Assembly (NCBI GenBank): GCA_001179505.1
Contig: CDMY01000824.1
Coordinates: forward strand, 1-17,145
Source of the DNA: Vitrella brassicaformis CCMP3155
Taxonomy: Eukaryota; Protista; Chromerida
Direction of reading: 5' to 3'
Length of the DNA: 17,145 nt
How positions within the stretch are numbered: the stretch's first letter is position 1; each line of letters starts with the position of its first letter. Shown here piece by piece: positions 9,382 through 17,145 of the stretch. The notes beneath the pieces are model-generated. The model was not told where the DNA came from and searched no databases. It was given only the letters and a program-made list of their open reading frames with translations. The position numbers and the translations under genes were made by a program.

Positions 9382-11778
9382 ATGGCGGACCAGTTCTTCA
9401 AAGTGAGTGGAGCGTGCCTAGCCACACTCATCGATCCATCCACCCACCACTTCGCTTGTGTGCGTCTCTCTCTCTCTCTGTCTGCCTGTGTGTGTGTGCA
9501 GACCAAGTTGTGTCCTTACCTAGCTGAAAACAAGTGTCTCAAGGGGGCGAGATGCACCTACGCCCACAGCCAGGCGGAGATCAGGGCACCTCCCGACCTG
9601 CGCAAGACCAAGCTCTGCGAGAACTGGGAGCGGGTAAGTGGAGCGGCGTGGGCAGCAAGGAGCCTTTGGCTGATGGGTCTCTCTCTGCTCACGGCCGTGC
9701 CTTTCTCTCTTGTCTGTCTGTGTCGATGGATCAGGGTCAGTGCAACGATGAGAACTGCACCTTTGCCCACGGGCTGGAGGAGCTCAGATGCACCGCAGAC
9801 TACTACAAGACCGTAAGCNNNNNNNNNNNNNNNNNNNNNNNNNNNNNNNNNNNNNNNNNNNNNNNNNNNNNNNNNNNNNNNNNNNNNNNNNNNNNNNNNN
9901 NNNNNNNNNNNNNNNNNNNNNNNNNNNNNNNNNNNNNNNNNNNNNNNNNNNNNNNNNNNNNNNNNNNNNNNNNNNNNNNNNNNNNNNNNNNNNNNNNNNN
10001 NNNNNNNNNNNNNNNNNNNNNNNNNNNNNNNNNNNNNNNNNNNNNNNNNNNNNNNNNNNNNNNNNNNNNNNNNNNNNNNNNNNNNNNNNNNNNNNNNNNN
10101 NNNNNNNNNNNNNNNNNNCCCCCCCCCCCCCCCCCTCATCGACCCACTCACCCACCCAACACCAGACCACATTCTGTCTGTCTGTCTGTCTCTGTGTTTG
10201 TGTGTATGTTGGTTTCATTCATTCAGACCATCTGCAAGTGGTGGAAGAAGGGCTATTGCCCCGACGGCCCCAGATGCCGACACGCACACGGACTCGCCGA
10301 GCTGCGCGCCAGACGGTGAGCAGCCGAGGAACAACATGACAATGAGAAAGAACCCTGACAGAAGCAGGCCGTTGACTCGCTCTCGTGTTTGTGTGCGTGT
10401 TCAGCTACCGTCTGACGGAGCGTCAGAAGCGTCTGCTGCGCGGTCGTCTCGAGTCGCAGGAATCCATGGCGTTCGATTCGGTCGACGGCGGCAGCGACAG
10501 CCACCCAGACGATGACTTGAGCCCTGGCGGCGGCTCCACCACCAGCAAGAGCCACCCCTCGTTCACCCCCAACTCACACACCACCCCGGCCACCCCCCAC
10601 TTCCAGGGGTACCTGGGGAACCCTCCCCCGCCCCCCTACCCACCCACCACCAGCCAGCCCACGCGCATGCCCCTGGTGCTCAAGCTCAACATGTCGAGAC
10701 AGACGTCCGCCCCCCTCACCGTCCCCCCGCCACCCCCACACGCACACGCCTACAATCTTGGCATCCCGCCCCCGCCCCCGAGGTCGGCATCGATGGACCT
10801 GCAGGTCATGAGCACCACCCCGCCGCCCCCACCCCCCTCCAACGCTCCCAAGATCATCCCTCCCCCGCCCCCAGCACCTCCCACGGTGCTGCCGGCACCT
10901 CTCGGCCGACGCGTGCCGTACTCGTACCATCGCGGCGGGAGCGGCCCGTTGATGTGGAAGAGTGGCGGGGGCTATGGGATGGAGATCCCGGGTCAGGCCA
11001 TGTACCCGAACATGCCGATCAGCATGCCGCTGAGCAGCGACAGCAGCCCCGGCCGCTCGTCCACCACCGCCACCCTCACACGCGACTACAGGCACGGCAG
11101 CGACAGCTCGGGGGGCTACACGTCGCCCAGCGAGAACGGCCAGTGCGGCGGCTCATACGCCTCTTCATACCACTCCCAGGCGGCCACCCACCACCACGGC
11201 ACCCACACGAGCACGAGTGTGGGGACGACACTGAAGGAGGAGGGGACGGTGTCGAGTGACAGCCGCAGCGGGAGCGGCAATGAGGACTCGTGTGACGCTG
11301 AGTGCTCATCGCTCAGCAGTGGAGATGAGGGGCAGGACAGTGGCTCGCAGGGAGAGCCAGGGGAGGGGGAGGGGGAGTGTGGGGATGAGGGAAAGGGAGA
11401 CGTCATGCTCCCCATCACACCGACACAGCAACACGGTGGCAACAATCCTCAGGTGCGTGGTGGGTGGGTGGGAGGGAGGGAGGGAGAAAGAGCGGGCGGA
11501 GGGATGACATACATGACATAAATGAACGTGTGTTTCTCTCTGTGTATGGTGTGTGTCGTGTTAGGTTGCCATTCCTCTGGCGGCGGGCGTTGTGCCTCTG
11601 CCCGTGCCCTTCGGCACGCTCGTATCAACTATTTCCATCGACAGTAAGACACACACACACACCCATACACACGCATGGCATGCACACGGCCATCGATCAT
11701 CTGCTCGTGTGTTGCCTTGTGTCCTCTCTGTGTGTTGCAGTGCTCCAGAGCGCCCAGCCGGTGCAGTACGAGGAGTGA
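9382..11778 (+). CDS. Tandem CCCH zinc-finger RNA-binding protein (3 fingers, TIS11/TTP-like lead-ins) with Pro/Ser-rich disordered C-terminus, ~494 aa
   Basis: Exons 9382-9402, 9502-9633, 9735-9812, 10227-10315, 10405-11452, 11565-11643, 11741-11778; 1485 nt; phases close. Fingers: FKTKLC-x7-C-x5-C-x3-H, RKTKLC-x7-C-x4-C-x3-H, YKTTIC-x7-C-x5-C-x3-H. Intron 3 spans the N gap, but the KT-xx-C spacing is already correct without a hidden exon. Confidence 0.9.
9819..10118. other. Assembly gap (300 N) inside CCCH intron 3
   Basis: Run of N followed by a long poly-C tract. Confidence 0.99.
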
Positions 11779-13476
11779 ATGGCATGTGTTGGGCACGGCG
11801 GACACGCTGGCGCTGGTCCATAGCCAGACCATTCGACCAGTCTGTCTGTCGCTCCTGGCCTCTGTCACCCGCTCTCCGTGTGTGTATCCTTATATGTGCA
11901 TCTCATCTACACTTTGAATGAATCAATGGATGAATGGGAACGTGTTGGGTTGTGGTGTGGTGTGGTTGCGTGGCTCTTTCAAGGGCGGCGATTTGTCGCC
12001 CCGCCACCACAGAGGGAGGCAGGGAGGGAGGGAGGGATGCACGACGGACGACACTATCGCTTTGTTTCTGGTGTGTGTGGGTCCGTCTGGCTGTGCGCCG
12101 GCATCCATCGACATGGTGTGCGACCGGGGAACGAGCGGGAGACGGAGAAAGACGGTGCGCGACGCTGAGACGTTTGTTGTTTGTTTGTTTGATTGTTTGT
12201 GCCTGCATGCCTGCCTGTAGATTTGCTTTTGATCGGCATGGAGGTGTGTGTTATGTGTGTATCTGTGCGTGTCGTATGACACGTGTGTGGCTGCCTGTAG
12301 CTAACGCTCACGTCACAAGAGCCAGCCAGCCCGCCAGCCCCTCCCTGTCTGTCTGAAGGCCTGCCTCTCTTGTCTCTCTCTCATTTCCTTGATCCCTCTT
12401 CGTTCTACTGAGCAGGGGATGACTTGTCAGTGAGTGAGTCAGGACAGGAGTGCACTCGTGCGAGCGACCGGCTGACAAGGAGGGAGGGTGGGTGGGTGGA
12501 TGGCTCATGTCATGTCATGGGGAAACGGAAGAATGGGCGGATGGTTCTTAAAGCTCCTTGGGCGGCCTTTTCCATGCGCAGAGAGCACAGCGAGACGACG
12601 ATTGTCGGTGTGTTTGTGTGTCGCGTGCTGGCTCTCTCTGCTGCATGGCGGGCCGTGTGCTGTCTGTGGTGTTCGCTGCGTTTTTGTGGCTGACCGACCT
12701 GCATACTGACTTGGGGAGGAGGGAGACAGACAGACAGACAGACAGCGGGCGACACGCATGGCTGCCTGGCTGCATGTGTGCACATCGAATCGACCACACA
12801 CAGTGAATGAATGAAGGAGTCGGGGGGCCGGCTGGCTGGAAAGCGCGCCTGGGCCTCTTGGCGCGTCCTTTCCAGCCCTTTCCTCCCCCCCGATCCATCG
12901 TAGTCACTGATGTCCCTTTGAAACGGACGAGCGAACTCAGACAAGAGCTGCAGCGTCGACCTGTCTGTCTGTCTGTCTGGGCTGGTTGGCTGATTGGTTG
13001 CTGTGGGGGCCCTCTCACTTTCAAGCACTACACGCATCAGGGGATGTATGGATGGATGGAAGGACTGAGTACGTACGCGTATTTGTATCATACTCACTCA
13101 CTGACCACCATGGGTGGCGAGAGATGGCGCGAGAGAGCGAGGGAGGGCTCAGCAAGTGGGGTGGGGAGAGAGAGAAAGCTGATTTATGTCATGTGTGGGA
13201 TAGAGGGATGACGACCGATGGATGCACTCGCCCCCTTTCGCCAGCCTGTGTGGGACGCCTCTGTGCCTGTGTGATGGTGTGGATGTGTGGGTGGATATGT
13301 GTGTGTATCTTTATGGCCTGCTGACCACTGCACCCCATCTCATTCCATGGCACCCCATCTTTCTGATTGCAACTGCTGCAATTTTTCTCCCCGCCCCGAT
13401 TCTCGCGAGCGGGGAATGGAATACCCATAGATCGATAGGCCATATGCACACATCACATCACCGCACCCACCCATCC

Positions 13477-13776
13477 NNNNNNNNNNNNNNNNNNNNNNNN
13501 NNNNNNNNNNNNNNNNNNNNNNNNNNNNNNNNNNNNNNNNNNNNNNNNNNNNNNNNNNNNNNNNNNNNNNNNNNNNNNNNNNNNNNNNNNNNNNNNNNNN
13601 NNNNNNNNNNNNNNNNNNNNNNNNNNNNNNNNNNNNNNNNNNNNNNNNNNNNNNNNNNNNNNNNNNNNNNNNNNNNNNNNNNNNNNNNNNNNNNNNNNNN
13701 NNNNNNNNNNNNNNNNNNNNNNNNNNNNNNNNNNNNNNNNNNNNNNNNNNNNNNNNNNNNNNNNNNNNNNNNNNNN
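13477..13776. other. Assembly gap (300 N) in intergenic DNA
   Basis: Run of N followed by an (AG)n tract. The identical 300-N length suggests a placeholder size. Confidence 0.99.
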
Positions 13777-15550
13777 AGAGAGAGAGAGAGAGGGGATGGA
13801 CAGACAAGGGAGGGGGAAGGGGCGGGCGGGTGGGCGGCGGGTTCTTTCCTTTCTCAATACCTGCAGCAGGCAGGCAGGCAGGCACTAGTCAAATCAAACA
13901 TCCTTTGCCCTTTTTTCGGCCTGCCTGCCTGCCTGCCTCTTTGTGTGTGTGCGTGCGTGCGTGTTGGTATTTGTGTAACGCTCCTGCTGGCTGGCTGTTG
14001 TGGCTGTGGATATGCATGCTTTCTCGAGTATGCTTGTTTTCTCTCTCGAGAAAGAGACTTTCTGGCTGCTTATCGCTCCTGGCGTGGCGTCGCATGGCGC
14101 GGCATGGCCTTCATGTGTCTTTTGCGTGGATGGGGTAATTCGACATCCATGGCACGTAGACATCATCAATCAAGCGATGAATGGGCTGGCTGGCTGATCG
14201 ATGGGTGCTTTCAAGACAACCTGCCTGCCTGGAGAGGGATAAACTTTCTGCGTTTTGTGTACAGGGCGGGCCGGGCCGGGCCGTTGAGAGCACCTGCTGG
14301 GGCGGGGGGCAAGGGCGCAGGAGAGAGATCTCGCGTCTCTTGTTGGATGGATGGATGGTCCTTTGGTCTCCATGAATGGATGGATGGATGGCGCGGGGTG
14401 GCTACTGACTGTTCTTCTCTTCTCTGGCTTGATCGACCTACTACTCTCGCATTCACTCACTGACTCGCTGGCTCATATCATATGTCATTCGTGCAGATGC
14501 TCCTCTAGCCGCTCATTATATTGATTCGTTGGTTCTTCCTTCCCTGCTAAACCATTGCCTTGCCTTGCCTTGTGTGTAATTTTTCGCGGGCTCGTTCGCT
14601 CCCTCCCACTATCGTGGACAAGCGAACTGCCCACGTGTGTGTGTGTGTGCGATGCTACTGACTGACTGACGTGTGTCCATGGCACTTCCCCCCACCCACC
14701 TGGATGCAGATTCTCTCTACTTGCTGCTTGACGTGCGCACCAGCACAGCACCCTTTTCTATCATCGTGTCTGTAGCTGGTGCATGGGTGGGTTGGCTATA
14801 TACCCATACACGCGACAGACGAACCCTTGGACCCTCCCCACCCCCACTTGCCTTGCCTCGTGGCTCATGTGTACTATATAAACCTACCTACAGCCATTCG
14901 TTCATCCATTCATTCGTTCATTCATCGTGTGCATGTCATGTGTCTCAAAGAGACGGGCTGACTGGAGGAACCACTCACTCACTGACTGACGGATGGCCGA
15001 CTGACTTGACTGAGTGGCTGGCTGACTGATGGTAGACGGTCCTCCGACAAGCTGCGGACGGGCTTACACGCTGTGTACGGACACATATGCTGCGTGCACT
15101 GGATGAACGTACATGTATTCATGATATCGACATACATACCGAACAAACGAACAAATGAAGGACAGACAGAGACACCGTCCCTCAGATGATCTATTGACGT
15201 GAATGGTGCTGTCCGTGACTCGGTGCAGAGAACCCATTGCAAACTATCATCGGCAGTGAGAGTTGCGGTTGCCAATAGGGCACTTCCGACCTTCTGTACA
15301 CTTGCCAGGGCTTCATGCTGTCGGGCGATATCGCTCGTTCTTGTGTATGTAGCCAGGGGAAGTGTTCGTCACCTGTGCCCTCTGTTGTCATCTGTATGTC
15401 GGCCGGTGCCAGTGCCATTTTGTGCCCATCCCTATGCAGGTTTCCTTTTGTGGTGGACCATAGGGATGGGTGGGTGGACAGGCCTGCATCACACAGACTC
15501 GTTCTTGCGTACCCCTTCGGGGGGCCGGGGGGCAAGGTCCCCGTGAGGTT

Positions 15551-15570
15551 AACGAACGAACGAACGAACG
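15551..15570 (+). repeat. (AACG)5 microsatellite at the 5' junction of the retroelement
   Basis: aacgaacgaacgaacgaacg, ending 11 nt upstream of the first recognisable RT-associated codon (CAT at 15582). Confidence 0.9.
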
Positions 15571-15581
15571 ACCTTGCATTC

Positions 15582-17145
15582 CATGATGCGAACTTCTGGC
15601 AGACCTTCCTCCTCCGATACGGTGCCAAGAGCGGCCGCCTCCGCGCAGCTGTGGCCTCGCTCGTCTCTACCCTGGCCAACACCATCGTCCCATGGGACAA
15701 CATCAAGGCCCTGCGAGCGTGCCGCCTCATCGCTCTCGACAAATGCCCTGGCGTCCGCCCCATTGGCGTCGGGGAGGTGCTCTCTCGCCTGGCTGGCAAG
15801 TGCATGGCCATGGTGACCCGCTCTGACCTGGAGACGACCTGCGGCACTGATCAGCTGTGCATCGGTGTGAGGGGGGGCCTCGAGGGGGCTGTGCACGCCG
15901 TGAATGACCTTTTTCAAGAGGACGAGACCGAGGGGCTCTTGCTGGTGGACGCGAGCAACGCCTTTAATCGCATCAGTCGGCCTGCTGCCATCTGGAAAAC
16001 CCGCGTGCTGTGGCTTCGCTGCTCTCGCTATGTGTTCAACACCTACCGAGGGTTCGCTGCATTCCATCTGCAAGGCTCAGTCGGCTGTCTGTGGAGCTAT
16101 GAAGGCGTCACATAGGGCGATTCGATGGCGATGTTCGTCTACGCCTGCGGCAGCCTTCCCATCATCCATGCCCTGCGGGCTGCCTGCGCTGAGGAGGGAT
16201 ATGAGATGCCGTCGAGTGGGGCATGGGATGAGTCAGGCAGCGATGGGTCTGGGTCAGACACGGACGAGAACAAAAATGTGCCATCAGAAGCGCAAGAGAA
16301 GCCAAAAGAAGCCAGTGACACGCCACCAGAAGCAGAGAGGGATGGTGCGGGTGTATGTGTGTGTTCTGATGTAGAAGGTGTTGGAGCTGGTGAGGAGGAC
16401 AGAGAGAGTTCGTCGGCTTTGTCGGCCGCTTCATCTGGCGCTTCGCTGCGGCAGTGCTGGTATGCAGATGACTCATCGGCGCTTGGCAAACTTCACGGCA
16501 TACTCGTGTGGTTTCGAGCCCTGCGTCGCATCGGTCCTTCATACGGCTATCACCCAGAGGCCGCCAAGTCCTTCCTCGTCGTCAAACCCGAGCTCGAGCA
16601 GATTGCAAGGGAGCTCTTCGAGCCCGAGGGGGTGCAGATCGTCACGAGCAAGAGGTTCCTGAGCGGCTACGTGGGCGATGAGGGGGGGAGGGCGGCGTTC
16701 CTCGGCGAGAAGGTCGAGGGGTGAGTGCATGGCATGCGCGCGCTCGCGTCTGCTGCCCGCAACTTCCCGCACACGGCCCACGCGGCAATGACGAGGTCTC
16801 TGCAGATGGAGTGGGACTACGTCTTTCATGTCGTGCTCACCGACGAGTGCGCTCTCAGCCCCCTCCGCGAGGCCATCGCCAAGGAGCTGCTGCCGGCCCT
16901 CCTCGGCGGCCCTGTGACGCCGTCCGAGGTCGACCTGATGCTGCTGCCTGCCCGGCATGGCGGCACCGGCATATGTGACCCTCTCGACCGTGCCGCAGCC
17001 GCCTACCCTGCTTCCCGCGCGAGCACCCAGGTGGTCTTCAAGTCCGTCCAAGGCAAGGCTCCGTTCCACCCTGGCGACCATCGTGCTACCATCCGCCACG
17101 CCCTCACCAAGAGCAAGCAGCAGCAGGACGTCGCCCACAAAACCA
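15582..17145 (+). mobile_element. CRE-clade (CRE/SLACS/MoTeR-like) non-LTR retrotransposon, 5'-truncated, runs off the window end
   Basis: One intron-free reading frame from 15582 to 17145 with motifs LIALDKCPGVRPIGVGEVL, QLCIGVRGGLEGAVHA, LLVDASNAFN, GVT*GDSMAMFVY, QCWYADD (YADD at 16461-16472), GPSYGYHPEAAKS, FLSGYVG, SLQMEWDY, LPARHGGTGICDP. This motif set is characteristic of CRE-clade RTs (established knowledge). The upstream part of the ORF is missing; any RLE endonuclease would lie beyond the window. Confidence 0.88.
15582..17145 (+). pseudogene. Reverse transcriptase pseudogene with two in-frame nonsense codons
   Basis: TAG at 16113-16115 replaces the conserved Gln of QGD; TGA at 16722-16724 replaces an expected Trp (KVEG-W-V). 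The frame is unchanged across both stops (track ORFs 15315-16115 and 16125-16724 share the frame, which stays open to 17145). Confidence 0.85.

Noticed and set aside
6380-9501. Several 3n, stop-free introns (69, 72, 81 and 99 nt, plus 78 nt in the TPR gene) that could be retained in frame
   Set aside because: About 5 of roughly 27 introns, close to what chance gives for short GC-rich introns. Retained translations are CV/HT microsatellite junk that interrupts conserved motifs.
14875-14882. TATATAAA TATA-box-like sequence
   Set aside because: No identifiable gene start downstream, and the motif alone is not evidence of a promoter.
16721-16805. The nonsense mutation creates a perfect GTGAGT donor that might splice out the stop
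   Set aside because: The donor is phase 2 and the nearest good acceptor (CTGCAG at 16805) is phase 0, so the frame is not restored. It would also delete conserved residues, and the upstream TAG remains.
136-17138. Most ORFs in the six-frame track (for example 1026-1294, 3033-3614, 4291-4936, 11878-15029, 15191-15847, 16539-17138)
   Set aside because: They are shadow or antisense frames of real exons, or stop-poor microsatellite DNA translating to CV/HT/TDRQ repeats. High GC makes long spurious ORFs common.
1-17145. tRNA, rRNA, spliced-leader or snRNA genes (looked for especially near the CRE element) and CRISPR arrays
   Set aside because: I found no cloverleaf, rRNA-like segment, Sm-site/SL structure or repeat-spacer periodicity by eye. 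A covariance-model search would be needed to exclude small RNAs.

Overview
Eukaryotic, GC-rich, intron-dense genomic DNA. Most introns are about 70-120 nt, GT-AG, and full of (GT)n/(GTCT)n microsatellites, and there are two 300-N scaffold gaps. The style and one gene family suggest the chromerid alveolate Vitrella brassicaformis (inference, not verified). By hand-splicing I reconstructed five protein genes whose exon phases all close: (1) the 3' part of a TPR co-chaperone-like gene (+, 4-787) carrying an exact 107-bp tandem duplication of an intron plus exon flanks; (2) a peptide:N-glycanase (PNG1/NGLY1 family; -, 1834-3666) with an intact Cys-His-Asp triad, a signal peptide plus transit-peptide-like leader, and a split second Zn-binding CxxC; (3) a 7-exon lineage-specific protein (-, 4192-5981) with an N-myristoylation-like start and an acidic tail ending in an NLS-like KRRRL; (4) an 11-exon SAAL1-like ARM/HEAT protein (+, 6092-8624), head-to-head with gene 3 across only 110 bp; (5) a triple-CCCH zinc-finger RNA-binding protein (+, 9382-11778). 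About 3.7 kb of gene-free simple-repeat DNA follows. The window ends in a 5'-truncated, decayed CRE-clade non-LTR retrotransposon (+, ~15582 to window end) next to an (AACG)5 microsatellite, with two in-frame nonsense codons and a ~88-codon acidic insertion inside the RT palm. The most interesting signal is the putatively plastid/periplastid-targeted PNGase.
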